The notes: generated by a model from the sequence alone, not told the origin. A DNA stretch of 64,000 bases from an uncultured cyanobacterium (GCA_963793265.1 CAWBZI010000001.1:736001-800000); one strand, 5' to 3'; numbered from the stretch's first letter, positions 39,109-49,318 are shown. A program made the numbers and translations.

Positions 39109-40110
39109 GTGATCCGCTCTGCAACACTGCCACTAAATACGGTGCTCTCCCGCATCGAAAACAACGGTAGCAGTAGACTAAAGCTGTTTTCGGGTTCATC
39201 TAACCGTTCGCTATCGCGCGAGGTTGCTCGCTATCTAGGCACCGACTTAGGGCCAATGGTACGCAAGCGCTTTGCCGACGGCGAGCTTTACGTCCAAATC
39301 CAAGAATCTATTCGCGGCTGCGATGTGTACCTCATTCAGCCCACCTGCCATCCGGTGAATGACAACCTGATGGAGCTATTGATTATGATTGACGCCTGCC
39401 GTCGGGCCTCAGCTCGCCAGATTACCGCCGTGGTGCCCTATTACGGCTATGCCAGAGCCGACCGTAAAACAGCGGGCCGCGAGTCTATTACCGCCAAGCT
39501 CGTTGCTAACCTAATGACGCAAGCCGGGGCTGACCGGGTGCTTTCAATCGACCTGCACTCAGCTCAGATTCAGGGCTACTTCGATATTCCTTGCGATCAT
39601 GTATACGGTTCGGCGGTGCTGGTGAAGTATTTGGCCGACAAAGGCATTGAGGATTTGGTGGTGGTGTCGCCTGACGTGGGTGGCGTAGCCAGAGCCAGAG
39701 CCTTTGCGAAAATGCTGGACGATGCGCCGCTGGCAATTATTGACAAGCGCAGGCAGGCTCACAATGTTGCTGAGGTGATGAACATCATTGGGGACGTTGA
39801 AGGGAAAACGGCGGTGCTGGTCGATGACATGATCGATACTGCCGGGACGATTTCAGCCGGGGCCAAGGTGCTGCGAGACAGCGGCGCAAAGCAGGTGTAT
39901 GCCTGTGCGACTCATGCCGTCTTTTCGCCGCCTGCGGTAGAACGGCTCTCTAGCGGCTTGTTTGAAGAAGTGATTGTGACTAATACCATCCAGGTGCCTG
40001 CCGACCGGCATTTTGAACAGCTCACGATGCTGTCAGTGGCTGATATGCTCGGTGAGGCAATTTCGCGAATTCACGAAGAAAGCTCGGTGAGCAGCATGTT
40101 CAGGGGCTAG
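39109..40110 (+). CDS. prs: Ribose-phosphate pyrophosphokinase
   Basis: FADGE, PYYGYARADRK, DLHSAQIQGYF, VSPDVGGV, VDDMIDTAGT. Confidence 0.97.
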   Translation: MIRSATLPLNTVLSRIENNGSSRLKLFSGSSNRSLSREVARYLGTDLGPMVRKRFADGELYVQIQESIRGCDVYLIQPTCHPVNDNLMELLIMIDACRRASARQITAVVPYYGYARADRKTAGRESITAKLVANLMTQAGADRVLSIDLHSAQIQGYFDIPCDHVYGSAVLVKYLADKGIEDLVVVSPDVGGVARARAFAKMLDDAPLAIIDKRRQAHNVAEVMNIIGDVEGKTAVLVDDMIDTAGTISAGAKVLRDSGAKQVYACATHAVFSPPAVERLSSGLFEEVIVTNTIQVPADRHFEQLTMLSVADMLGEAISRIHEESSVSSMFRG

Positions 40111-40131
40111 GTTTCTTTAGACAATTTAATG

Positions 40132-40186
40132 CCCACTAAAAAGGGAGTGTGATCGCTAAACGTAATCGCACTCCCTTTTTAGTGGG
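40132..40186. terminator. Bidirectional terminator between convergent prs and rpsU
   Basis: CCCACTAAAAAGGGAGTGTGAT..ATCGCACTCCCTTTTTAGTGGG, a 22-bp stem with one G-U/mismatch. Confidence 0.8.
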
Positions 40187-40230
40187 TCTTTTTAGTAGAC
40201 CTTCGTCATTTGGCCTTCATCCGAAACAGC

Positions 40231-40419
40231 CTAGCGGCGAGAACGACGCTTACGCTGACGCTGACGGGCTAGCGCTTTACGCTTGTGCTTTTCGGGAGGT
40301 GTCTCAAAATAGCGGTTTTTCTTGATGTCTTGAAAAATGCCTGCGCGCACTACTTTACGCTTAAAGCGTCGGAGCGCGGCTTCGAGATTTTCGTCTTGTC
40401 CGAGGACAACTTGAGCCAT
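40231..40419 (-). CDS. rpsU: 30S ribosomal protein S21
   Basis: ENLEAALRRFKRKV..YFETPPEKHKRK. Confidence 0.95.
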   Translation of the reverse strand: MAQVVLGQDENLEAALRRFKRKVVRAGIFQDIKKNRYFETPPEKHKRKALARQRQRKRRSRR

Positions 40420-40495
40420 ATATCTTTCACCTCCTTAATTAATCTGTATTTAGCTCGAACGATAATACTACCCCAACATTGCCAGATACAGCTAA

Positions 40496-40543
40496 CCCGA
40501 TAGTCATAAGCGTCCTTTAATTTTCGGACGAATGACTATCGGG
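40496..40543. other. Long stem-loop in the rbp-rpsU intergenic region
   Basis: CCCGATAGTCAT..CGTCC..GGACG..ATGACTATCGGG. Confidence 0.6.
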
Positions 40544-40574
40544 CTGTCGTGAGATTAAGGCTAGGGAATGGATA

Positions 40575-40856
40575 TTAATTCCAACCACCGCCACCTGACG
40601 AACTGCTGCGTGGCTCTCTAGGCTTAGCTTTGTTTACCCGTAGCTCCCGCTCCATCCATTCGGCCCCATCCAAAGCTTCAATCGCTTTGTCTTCAGTGGC
40701 ATCGTCTTCCATTTCTACAAAGGCGAATCCACGAGGGCGTCCGGTTTCGCGATCGGTGGGTAGGGTAATCCGCTTGACCTTACCGTGCTCAGAGAAGACC
40801 TGTTCGAGATCTTCTTCTTTGGCGGAATAAGACAGGTTGCCTACGTAAATTGACAT
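40575..40856 (-). CDS. rbp: RRM RNA-binding protein (cyanobacterial Rbp)
   Basis: MSIYVGNLSY, DRETGRPRGFAFVEM, LRVNKAKPRE, short Gly tail. Confidence 0.95.
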   Translation of the reverse strand: MSIYVGNLSYSAKEEDLEQVFSEHGKVKRITLPTDRETGRPRGFAFVEMEDDATEDKAIEALDGAEWMERELRVNKAKPREPRSSSSGGGGWN

Positions 40857-40994
40857 GGCCGATGGGCTCTCCAAAATATTGAGATGTTAAAAGGTGAATC
40901 TATAATCACGACGACATCATATCAACGTGGTTGAATCTATTAGGACTGTGGTCACAAATCCTAAATACTCGTAACATCTCCTTAAAATGGCGAG

Positions 40995-42194
40995 CTACCG
41001 CGTTTTTTGCGCCCAGACGCGAGTCGGCAAACCCCATACGTAAATGAAGCCCTCAGCCGCCTTATGGTCAAACTTATCGTCTTCACCGTAGGTAGATAGC
41101 TCGTCGGTGTAGAGCGTGTTGTCTGACTTACGACCGGCCATGATGGCGTTGCCTTTGAGCAGCTTGACTCTGACGGTGCCAGTGACGCGCTCTTGAGTTT
41201 GCGCAATAAAGGCGTCTAGCGCAGACTTGAGCGGGCTATACCAAAGACCGTTGTAGATCATTTGGCTATAGCTTTGCTCGATATTGCGCTTGTACTGTGT
41301 GACATCGCCTGTGAGCGTCAGGCTCTCTAGGTCGCGGTGGGCGTGGATCAAAACCAGCAGCGCGGGCGCTTCGTAGATTTCGCGAGATTTGATACCGACC
41401 AGGCGGTTCTCAACCATGTCGATGCGGCCTACGCCATGGCGACCCACGATTTCGTTGAGCTTAGTGACTAGAGCAACCGGGCTGAGGGCTTCGCCGTTGA
41501 GGCTAGTAGGGCGACCTTTTTCAAAGCCAATTTCGACGTATTCGGGTTCGTTAGGAGTGTCTGCGATCGCACTTGTCATCACATACACATCTTCAGTCGG
41601 CTCATTCCAAGGATCTTCTAACGGCCCCGCTTCAACCGAGCGGCCCAATAGATTGCGGTCGATGCTGTAAGGCGAAGACTTTTTCACGGGGAACGTAAGG
41701 CCAAATTTTTCGCCATAGGCCATTGCTTCTTCGCGGCTCATGCCCCATTCACGGGCGGGCGCTAGCACTTTGAGATCGGGGTTGAGAGCAGCGATCGCCA
41801 CATCAAACCGCACCTGATCGTTTCCCTTACCCGTACAGCCATGCGCCACCGCATCAGCACCATATTTTGCCGCCGTATCCACCAGCAGCTTCGCAATTAA
41901 AGGACGCGCTAAAGCTGTAGAAAGGGGATAGCGATTTTCGTACAGAGCGTTCGCCTGAATTGCGGGAAATGCGTAGTCCTGAATGAACGTCTCGGTAACA
42001 TCAGTCACCACAGATTCAGCCGCACCACAGTCGAGTGCTTTTTTGCGAATGGGCTCTAGCTCATCGCCCTGCCCTAAGTCAGCAGCGAGGGTGATAACTT
42101 CTTTTACGCCGTACTTTTCTTTGAGGTAAGGGATGCATACCGTCGTATCCACGCCGCCTGAATATGCCAACACGACTTTATCTGCCTGACCCAT
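40995..42194 (-). CDS. argG: Argininosuccinate synthase
   Basis: [42 protein letters not shown]. Confidence 0.97.
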   Translation of the reverse strand: MGQADKVVLAYSGGVDTTVCIPYLKEKYGVKEVITLAADLGQGDELEPIRKKALDCGAAESVVTDVTETFIQDYAFPAIQANALYENRYPLSTALARPLIAKLLVDTAAKYGADAVAHGCTGKGNDQVRFDVAIAALNPDLKVLAPAREWGMSREEAMAYGEKFGLTFPVKKSSPYSIDRNLLGRSVEAGPLEDPWNEPTEDVYVMTSAIADTPNEPEYVEIGFEKGRPTSLNGEALSPVALVTKLNEIVGRHGVGRIDMVENRLVGIKSREIYEAPALLVLIHAHRDLESLTLTGDVTQYKRNIEQSYSQMIYNGLWYSPLKSALDAFIAQTQERVTGTVRVKLLKGNAIMAGRKSDNTLYTDELSTYGEDDKFDHKAAEGFIYVWGLPTRVWAQKTR

Positions 42195-42307
42195 AGCTGT
42201 TTTTGTCCGTATACGAAGTGATCCGCTTCATATTATTACAGCCAGCGTATCCGAGACGATCTAATAGAATGTGATGAAACAAGCACATCCTGCTTCTAAG
42301 AAAATCT

Positions 42308-43243
42308 ATGTTTTTTAGCGTTGTTATTCCTACCTACAACCGCAAGCCGATTTTAGAAAAGTGTCTGCGGGCCATGGAGCATCAGGTACTTAGCCCTGAT
42401 GGGCCAGTTGAGGGCTATGAGATTGTGCTGGTAGATGATGGCTCGACCGATGGCACGGTGGAATGGATTCAGGCAAATGCGGCTGAGTTTGAGCATGTGA
42501 AGCTATACGAGCAGAATCATGAGGGGGCGGCGATCGCCCGGAACTTCGGCGTCCAGCAAGCCACAGGCGACACCATCATATTCATCGACAGCGATCTGGT
42601 GGTGTTAGACGGCTTTTTGCAGCATCACGCCGACGCGCTCACCCAGGCTTACGAACAGGGAAACGAGCGCGTTTTTACCTATGGCCGCGTAGTCAACACC
42701 TGCAATTTTGAAGCACCGACCACTGAGCCTTTTAAGGTGACTGATTACTCACGCGCCTTTTTTGCGACCGGGAATGTTGCGATCGCCAAACGCTGGCTAC
42801 TAGAAGCGGGCCTATTCGACACCCAGTTCACACAGTACGGCTGGGAAGACCTGGAGCTGGGCGTACGGCTCAAAAATAACGGCCTATCGCTGATAAAGTG
42901 TCCTGAAGCTGTCGGCTATCACTGGCATCCTGCTTTTTCAGTAGAAGAACTGCCTGATTTGATCAGCCGAGAAATGCAGAGCGCGCGGATGGGCGTGGTG
43001 TTTTATAAAAAGCATCCGACCCTAGACGTGCGGCTGATGATTCAGATGACCTGGCTGCATAGAATACTGTGGGGATCGCTCTCGCTGGGCGGACTGCTTA
43101 ATGAACGAACGCTCGGGCCTGCGATGCGCTGGCTGATTGATAAAGGGCATCCGCAGCTATCGCAGCAGGTATCGCGGATATTTTTGAACTGGTACAACGT
43201 GAACGCGGTTCATAAAGCTTGGCGAGAAGCAGACGTAAAATAA
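42308..43243 (+). CDS. Glycosyltransferase family 2
   Basis: SVVIPTYNR, VDDGSTDGT, FIDSD, YGWEDLELG. Confidence 0.92.
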   Translation: MFFSVVIPTYNRKPILEKCLRAMEHQVLSPDGPVEGYEIVLVDDGSTDGTVEWIQANAAEFEHVKLYEQNHEGAAIARNFGVQQATGDTIIFIDSDLVVLDGFLQHHADALTQAYEQGNERVFTYGRVVNTCNFEAPTTEPFKVTDYSRAFFATGNVAIAKRWLLEAGLFDTQFTQYGWEDLELGVRLKNNGLSLIKCPEAVGYHWHPAFSVEELPDLISREMQSARMGVVFYKKHPTLDVRLMIQMTWLHRILWGSLSLGGLLNERTLGPAMRWLIDKGHPQLSQQVSRIFLNWYNVNAVHKAWREADVK

Positions 43244-43258
43244 GACAAAAAGCGGAGG

Positions 43259-43885
43259 ATGGCCATGGCTGACGATGCGATTAAGCTGTTTCAAATGCTG
43301 GTAGCAGCCGGTGCCAAGCCCGGCGAAGATTTTTCGTACGATTTGCAAACAGCTTCAGCTCAGATCAGCGATCGCGCCTTTGAAAAGCTCAAAGCAGCCT
43401 ACCCTGACGTAGACTGGCCCAGCATTTGTCAGGAGGTAGAAGTCGATCCGAATCTGCCTGCCGAATATCTCAATACGTATCTGGGCACCGACTTTGTTAG
43501 CCAGATTTTGGCTCGCATAGAACAGCGAATAGACGAGCTAGAACCCGGCCATGCCACCTGGTACTTACAGCAGGTATTAGGCGGCGTAGAGCATCGCACG
43601 AATGTACCGCTTTACGTGTTGCTGCAAAGGCAACTGCCGCTGAATAAGCAGGCTCAGCTTGAACGACTGCTCCGGCAAGAAGCCGATCCCTGCTACATCT
43701 GGATGAGCGATTTGATTGAGGCCGCAGGTGGTAAGCCCGAAGACGTGGAGCTTTCGGCAGATGAAGCCACGCTGACACAAAGCGGACTGGCCTTGCTTAC
43801 GGCTGTGTGGACGGGAGAGTACGATCTGTTAGAGAGCGAAGATTCGGACGGTCAGGGTTTGGAAGGTTTGGACACGGGAGGCTAA
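43259..43885 (+). CDS. Hypothetical protein
   Basis: 208-aa ORF with GGAGG RBS, directly after the GT2 gene. No family recognised. Confidence 0.7.
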   Translation: MAMADDAIKLFQMLVAAGAKPGEDFSYDLQTASAQISDRAFEKLKAAYPDVDWPSICQEVEVDPNLPAEYLNTYLGTDFVSQILARIEQRIDELEPGHATWYLQQVLGGVEHRTNVPLYVLLQRQLPLNKQAQLERLLRQEADPCYIWMSDLIEAAGGKPEDVELSADEATLTQSGLALLTAVWTGEYDLLESEDSDGQGLEGLDTGG

Positions 43886-43927
43886 GGAGTGAGGATTAGA
43901 TAAACTGCTCAACCGTTATTTGCAGGA

Positions 43928-44012
43928 GCCCTCACCCCAACCCTCTCCCGGCGAGAGAGGGAGCCGGATTCAAAGTCCCTCTCCCGCCGGGAGAGGGATT
44001 TAGGGTGAGGGC
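43928..44012. repeat. 85-bp palindromic REP/BoxC-like element, copy 2 (inverted relative to copy 1)
   Basis: GCCCTCACCCCAACCCTCTCCC..GAGCCGGATTCAAAGTCCCTCTCCC..GGGAGAGGGATTTAGGGTGAGGGC, between convergent genes. Confidence 0.85.
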
Positions 44013-44044
44013 CGCGATGTGTTTAGGTTATTTGATCCTCGTTC

Positions 44045-44833
44045 CTAAGATGTTGCCGTGTTAACGACTAAAGCAGAACCATGCAGCGTACCGCCGCGAT
44101 GAGCAAGATACATCACGGCTTCAGCCACATCTAAAAAAGGACGCGCCTCACCTGGCATCGCTTCATTTACTGGTTCAACCACTGGCCCGGTGAGTACTTG
44201 AGACATGAGTAGATTGATATCGCCTGCCTCAGGGGTCTTGTGAAAGGGGGCTTCGATAGGCGCAGCCCAGATGATATTCGCGGTGACCGTGTTAGCTGAG
44301 AGCTGCTGTGTGATCGCCTGCGTCATGGCCACCACCCCACCCTGACAAATCGCCGCAACCGTTTGAAACTCAGTATCAGGCCGCTTCTCAATTAAGTTGA
44401 TAATCGTGCCGCGATCGCCCTGCTGCAAAAACGGCAGCGCATACTGACAACAAAAAAAAGTCCCCTTTAGCAAAGGCTCCGTCACCCGATCCCACACTGA
44501 CTCAGTGATCGTTTGCACTGAGCCATCTTGCGGATAGCGATCGCTCACATGATTAAACAAAATATCCAACCGGCCATAGGTCGCAATCGTCTCGTCCACC
44601 ACCGCCTGAACGTCAGCCGTCACCGCCGTATCGGCCAGCACAAACGTCGCCCGACCGCCCTCACGCCGAATCTGTCGAACGGTCGCGAGCCCTTGATTAG
44701 CATTACGCCCGCACACCATCACCTTTGCCCCCTCGCTGGCAAGCTGAATCGCCGTACTCGCACAAATACCCGCCCGGCTACTCGTCACCAGCGCGACTTT
44801 CTGGTCTAATTTTTGATTTAGGGGCATCGCCAC
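44045..44833 (-). CDS. SDR-family oxidoreductase-like protein with degenerate motifs
   Basis: KVALVTSSRAGI, GAKVMVCGRN, YGRLDILFNH. No YxxxK motif. Confidence 0.75.
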   Translation of the reverse strand: MAMPLNQKLDQKVALVTSSRAGICASTAIQLASEGAKVMVCGRNANQGLATVRQIRREGGRATFVLADTAVTADVQAVVDETIATYGRLDILFNHVSDRYPQDGSVQTITESVWDRVTEPLLKGTFFCCQYALPFLQQGDRGTIINLIEKRPDTEFQTVAAICQGGVVAMTQAITQQLSANTVTANIIWAAPIEAPFHKTPEAGDINLLMSQVLTGPVVEPVNEAMPGEARPFLDVAEAVMYLAHRGGTLHGSALVVNTATS

Positions 44834-44992
44834 TTCCCTATGCGGTAAGTGGGTCTAGTTAGGAAAGTAAATGATTCTAGTGGCGACCGGCAAATATCGT
44901 AAACCATAGGAACTTTAAGACGGCAACGACGTTTTCCTTTGAGCTGCAATATAGAGCTGCAAATATATTACCAACCCACCGATCCTCTACCG

Positions 44993-45481
44993 ATGAAAAT
45001 ACAGATGCGACCGACCACCTCAGCCGATCTGACGTTTGTTTTGGCCTGCGAGCAGCATCCTGATAATGCGCCCTATATTGGGCAGTGGGTGCGATCGCGT
45101 CATCAGTCAGCAATCGACAGTAAGGATGAAGCTCATTTTATAGTGACTAAGGGCAATGACCCTATTGGCTACGTCATCCTAACGGGCCTTACTGACCCTC
45201 ACCAAGGGATACATTTAAAGCGGGTCGTCATCATTCCAAAAGGACAGGGCTACGGGAGGCAAACGCTGCAATGGGTCAAAGCATTTGCCTTCAAAACGCA
45301 GCAGGTTCATCGCCTTTGGTTTGATGTCATTGCCAGCAACCATCGCGCCCGATCGCTCTACAAAAGCGAAGGCTTCACCGAAGAAGGGGTTCTGCGCAAT
45401 AGCTGGAAAACAGCCAGCGGCTACGAAGACATGGTTCTGCTATCAATGCTGGCCTCAGAATACGCATCCGAAGCGGGCTAA
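44993..45481 (+). CDS. GNAT family N-acetyltransferase
   Basis: KGQGYGR, NHRARSLYKSEGFTEEGVLR. Confidence 0.88.
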   Translation: MKIQMRPTTSADLTFVLACEQHPDNAPYIGQWVRSRHQSAIDSKDEAHFIVTKGNDPIGYVILTGLTDPHQGIHLKRVVIIPKGQGYGRQTLQWVKAFAFKTQQVHRLWFDVIASNHRARSLYKSEGFTEEGVLRNSWKTASGYEDMVLLSMLASEYASEAG

Positions 45482-46401
45482 ATCGCCCCTAACACTTCAG
45501 CCAACAGAGCCTGCTGCGCGTGCATTCTATTCTCCACCTCATCCCAAATGCGAGACTGCTTACCCTCCATCACCTCAGCCGTAATCTCCTCGCCCCGATG
45601 TGCAGGCAAACAGTGCAGCACAATCGCCTTAGGATCAGCGACAGCCAGCAGCTCGCGATTAATTTGATACGGCTCAAAAATCGGAATCCGCGAGTCCGCC
45701 AAATCCTCTTGCCCCATACTCGCCCAAACATCGGTATACAAGGTGTGCGCGCCCTCCACCGCCGCCTTAGCATCTTGAGTCACCACCACCTCGCTCCGCC
45801 CCTGGCTAATTGCCTGCGCCTTTTTAACAATCGCCTCATCGGGCTCATACCCTTCCGGCGTCCCAATTCGCACATTCATCCCCATCAGCGCGCAGCCCAA
45901 AATCAGCGAATGCGCCACATTATTGCCATCGCCCAGATACGTCATCGTCAGCCCTTCACACTTACCAAACTCCTCCTGCACCGTCAGCAAGTCAGCAAGT
46001 ATTTGACAGGGATGCTCCAAATCAGTCAGCGCGTTAATAATCGGAATATTGCCCTGCTGCGCAAACTCTTCCACCTCAGACTGCTCATAGGTACGAATCG
46101 CCAGCACGTCCAAATAGCGATCGAGTACGCGAGCCGTATCAGCGGTAGGCTCACCTCGACCAATCTGAGTAAGATTTGCATTGAGATCTATCACCTGGCC
46201 GCCCAGCTTATACATCGCCGCCGTGAAGCTAACGCGCGTACGAGTAGAGGCTTTTTTGAACACGAGGCCCAGAATCTTCTGGGGGCACTGGGGGTTAATG
46301 TCTCCTGACTTTATTTGCGCCGCCGTCTTGAGCAAATGGCTCATTTCATCTGTGGTGAGATCCGCTAAGCTCAGCAGGCTTCGTCCCTTGAGTGCCGCCA
46401 T
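45478..46401 (-). CDS. argF: Ornithine carbamoyltransferase
   Basis: STRTRVSF, HPCQILAD, GDGNNVAHS, YTDVWASMGQE, HCLPAHRGEE. Confidence 0.97.
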   Translation of the reverse strand: MAALKGRSLLSLADLTTDEMSHLLKTAAQIKSGDINPQCPQKILGLVFKKASTRTRVSFTAAMYKLGGQVIDLNANLTQIGRGEPTADTARVLDRYLDVLAIRTYEQSEVEEFAQQGNIPIINALTDLEHPCQILADLLTVQEEFGKCEGLTMTYLGDGNNVAHSLILGCALMGMNVRIGTPEGYEPDEAIVKKAQAISQGRSEVVVTQDAKAAVEGAHTLYTDVWASMGQEDLADSRIPIFEPYQINRELLAVADPKAIVLHCLPAHRGEEITAEVMEGKQSRIWDEVENRMHAQQALLAEVLGAI

Positions 46402-46553
46402 ATATTTTTCCCGAGTGTGTTTAGAGTGCAAAGGCAAGTTAAAACGCTAGCAGAAGTTCTATAAATAGGGAATAGGCACAGGCAATCCATTTGAGAGATG
46501 CTGTAGGAAGCCGTGCGCAAGGTTTTGAGAAAGGTTTTAAAAGGAAATTTGAG

Positions 46554-47168
46554 ATGGGTATCTATTCACAGCTAATTTTTCCGCGTTTGCTGGAGATGAG
46601 CATGTCGTCTGAGTCGATGACGAGCTACCGACAACAGCTATTAAAAGACGTGACGGGTGATGTGTTGGAAATTGGCTTTGGGACTGGGTTGAATTTGCCG
46701 CATTATCCAGAGGGCGTTACGTCGCTGACGACGGTTGATCCTAATGAAGGGATGGATGCGATCGCTCAAAAACGTATCAACCAAAGCCCCATCCCCGTCA
46801 CCCACAAAATCCTCAGCGGCGAAAATCTCCCCATGCCCGCCGCCAGCTTTGACAACATCGTCTGTACCTGGACGCTGTGCAGCATTCCCAACGTGCACAA
46901 AGCCCTCAGCGAAGCCTACCGAGTCCTCAAGCCCGGCGGCAAGTTCTTTTTTATCGAACACGGTCTTAGCAACGAGCCGGGCATTCAAACCTGGCAAAAT
47001 CGCATTACGCCTGTTCAACGCATTGTTGCTGATGGGTGCCACCTCAATCGCAAAATAGGCGAGCTAGTAGGAGAGATCTTTGACGAGGTAACAGTAGAAG
47101 AGTTTTATGCAGATGACTTACCTAAAATCATGGGTTACTTCTATCGAGGAACCGGCATCAAGCGGTAG
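46554..47168 (+). CDS. Class I SAM-dependent methyltransferase
   Basis: VLEIGFGTGLN, FDNIVCTWTLCSI, VLKPGG, GCHLNR. Confidence 0.9.
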   Translation: MGIYSQLIFPRLLEMSMSSESMTSYRQQLLKDVTGDVLEIGFGTGLNLPHYPEGVTSLTTVDPNEGMDAIAQKRINQSPIPVTHKILSGENLPMPAASFDNIVCTWTLCSIPNVHKALSEAYRVLKPGGKFFFIEHGLSNEPGIQTWQNRITPVQRIVADGCHLNRKIGELVGEIFDEVTVEEFYADDLPKIMGYFYRGTGIKR

Positions 47169-47250
47169 TGATGATTAATGCCTTAGTAATGGCAGGACTA
47201 TAGCAGCAAATGTGTTTATCTCTAATCTACTTGTGCCGGTCTACTCATTT

Positions 47251-48123
47251 CTAGATCGCTCGATCAACAAACTGTTCAACAACTTGCCTATGCTCAGGCG
47301 ATAAATGATTATCATGTCCGCCGCCTTCAATCACGACAAGCTGTTTGATCTCAGGCGCTGCCTCATACAGACGCTCTCCCATCGCCACAGGAATTTGCAG
47401 ATCTGAAGTGCCCGTCAAAATCAGCACGGGCATTTGAACCGATGCCATCTTTGCCGAAGATTCAAAGTGTTGCGTCAGCAGAACCTCTACTGGCAGTAGC
47501 CAATACAAACCAAATCGCTTGGTCATATCGCGCATACTAGAAAAAGAGCTTTGAACAATTAATGCGGCAGCTTCTGGTTGTTTGGCTGCTAGGTCAATAG
47601 CTACAGCGCCCCCAGCTGAATGACCATAAATGACAATATCTTCAGGAAAAATACCTTGCTGCTGAATCAAGTAATTCCATGCTGCTTGAGCATCTTGATA
47701 AAGCTGAACCTCGTTAGGAAAACTACCTTCACTTTGACCGAAGCCGCGATAGTCGAACAAAAAAATAGAATAGCCTAGCTCATAAAACTGAAGCGTCTGG
47801 CTGACATTAGCGCCTATATTGATCGCATTGTGATGAAAATACAGCATCACAGGCGCATCTTCTTTCTCAGCAGGAATCCACCAGCCATGCAAATTCTCCA
47901 ATCGCCCTGCATCCGCTTGAACAGAAAATCGAACATCCTGATACTTCAGGTCGTACAGCTCAGGCGTATTTGCAAGCTGACGTGTGGGAAAAAACATCAG
48001 TCGCTGTTGCTGAAAATAAAGCGCACCACAAAACAGGCTATAGCCTACTGCAATCTTAAGAGCTAAAGGCTTCCAGCGTTTCCAGCCGACTTCCTTTCCA
48101 GGCACTTGCTTTGTGACGCTCAC
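47251..48123 (-). CDS. Alpha/beta hydrolase (ABHD/Bem46-like)
   Basis: FDYRGFGQSEG, YGHSAGGAVA, GGGHDN. Confidence 0.88.
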   Translation of the reverse strand: MSVTKQVPGKEVGWKRWKPLALKIAVGYSLFCGALYFQQQRLMFFPTRQLANTPELYDLKYQDVRFSVQADAGRLENLHGWWIPAEKEDAPVMLYFHHNAINIGANVSQTLQFYELGYSIFLFDYRGFGQSEGSFPNEVQLYQDAQAAWNYLIQQQGIFPEDIVIYGHSAGGAVAIDLAAKQPEAAALIVQSSFSSMRDMTKRFGLYWLLPVEVLLTQHFESSAKMASVQMPVLILTGTSDLQIPVAMGERLYEAAPEIKQLVVIEGGGHDNHLSPEHRQVVEQFVDRAI

Positions 48124-48362
48124 TAACCGTTTACTGACTTTGATTGGATAGATTGTTCGCTATCCGTAGCTTCTAGTTTCTGACGGATAGCGGCCTGCAC
48201 TTTCTGATCAAAATCAGGATCGTTAGGACTTGCGATAATTCTAAGCGGGTTCCGATTGATCCTATCCATGTACGCTTGAAACGCAGCTTGGTTTCCGCGA
48301 TGCCGCAAAAAGTATTGCTTCAGCTCATCCGTAGACATTGCTTCATAGTTAATTGGATTCAT
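48123..48362 (-). CDS. Small cyanobacterial protein, DUF6887-like
   Basis: NYEAMSTDELKQYFLRHRGNQAAFQAY. Overlaps the upstream small gene. Confidence 0.65.
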   Translation of the reverse strand: MNPINYEAMSTDELKQYFLRHRGNQAAFQAYMDRINRNPLRIIASPNDPDFDQKVQAAIRQKLEATDSEQSIQSKSVNG

Positions 48363-48546
48363 CAGCAAACTCTCCACTAGGTAAAATTTGAAACTCAAGC
48401 TCTTCGTCGTACCCAGCTAGTATGTACAGATTGCGAGTTCTATCATCAATGCAGATTAGATGTATAGGCTGAAGCATTGTGTATGTGAGCTGGTAGCTGA
48501 CACGGTAGAGGCTCTTAAGCTGAGCAGAGGTCGGTACTTTAATCAA
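48349..48546 (-). CDS. Small cyanobacterial protein, DUF6888-like
   Basis: PTSAQL..LQPIHLICIDDRTRNLYILAG..FQILPSG. Confidence 0.65.
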   Translation of the reverse strand: MIKVPTSAQLKSLYRVSYQLTYTMLQPIHLICIDDRTRNLYILAGYDEELEFQILPSGEFADESN

Positions 48547-48580
48547 TTTAAGTTTCTAGTTCTTCTACAATTTACCACTC

Positions 48581-48616
48581 AAAAATTGAGGGTGCACTAA
48601 AACCATGCACCCTCAA
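48581..48616 (-). terminator. Rho-independent terminator
   Basis: TTGAGGGTGCA-N9-TGCACCCTCAA perfect stem followed by TTTTT on the minus strand. Confidence 0.75.
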
Positions 48617-48646
48617 CGACAAAACTTATAGATTTAGCAGATAAAC

Positions 48647-49132
48647 TTACTTTTTCTTACTAGGCGGATTTAGCGCATTATCGAGCACTTCACGAGCTGA
48701 CTCAGCATCGTCCTTGGCATCGCGGTAGCGCAAGTTGGTTTGAGCAAACGTCTTCAGCGTTTTAAAACCTGTGTTGAGTTCTTCAATCTGCTCTTCCTCG
48801 ATCATTTCATCGGTAAATAGCAAATCAATCAGCTCACGCACTTTAAGCGCATCTTCGCGGGAGCCCTGCACCTTGATCTTTAGCTTAGAGAGGTTGCTGA
48901 GGGTTTGCACCGCTTCGACTACTGCATTTTCTTCGTCGGTTGGGTCGTTCTTGGGCTCTTTCACTTCAATAAAATCCTTGGGGTTAAAGCCATCGTCAAG
49001 CTCGGTGGGGAGTTTGTCATCATCCATAAGGGCCATGAGCTGATCCATCGCCTTTTCACGCGCTTTGTTGGAATCGCGTCCGGCGACATCAATGAGAACT
49101 TCAGGGCTCTGGGCAAGCGTATATTGAACCAT
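48647..49132 (-). CDS. Conserved cyanobacterial hypothetical protein
   Basis: MVQYTLAQSPEV..GRDSNKAREKAMDQL. Followed by a terminator. Confidence 0.75.
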   Translation of the reverse strand: MVQYTLAQSPEVLIDVAGRDSNKAREKAMDQLMALMDDDKLPTELDDGFNPKDFIEVKEPKNDPTDEENAVVEAVQTLSNLSKLKIKVQGSREDALKVRELIDLLFTDEMIEEEQIEELNTGFKTLKTFAQTNLRYRDAKDDAESAREVLDNALNPPSKKK

Positions 49133-49318
49133 GGGCTTAGATAGTAAACTTGTACTAACATAATATACTGGACTACGCCCTTTTCTACGTCTTTTTGTGT
49201 TTCTATGCAACCTATTGAGCGAAATAAATTACATAATTTCTTGGGCAAGGTCTGACGCTTCTATAAAATCGGTAGGTATAACGACTTACTGACAGTCCGC
49301 ATCTGTAGCAAGGAACCC

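Noticed and set aside
45520..46308. 262-aa plus-strand ORF and the many other short antisense ORFs (e.g. 6724-7392, 22527-23063, 36803-37333, 62148-63593)
   Set aside because: They are shadows of well-supported genes on the other strand or frame, with no motifs.
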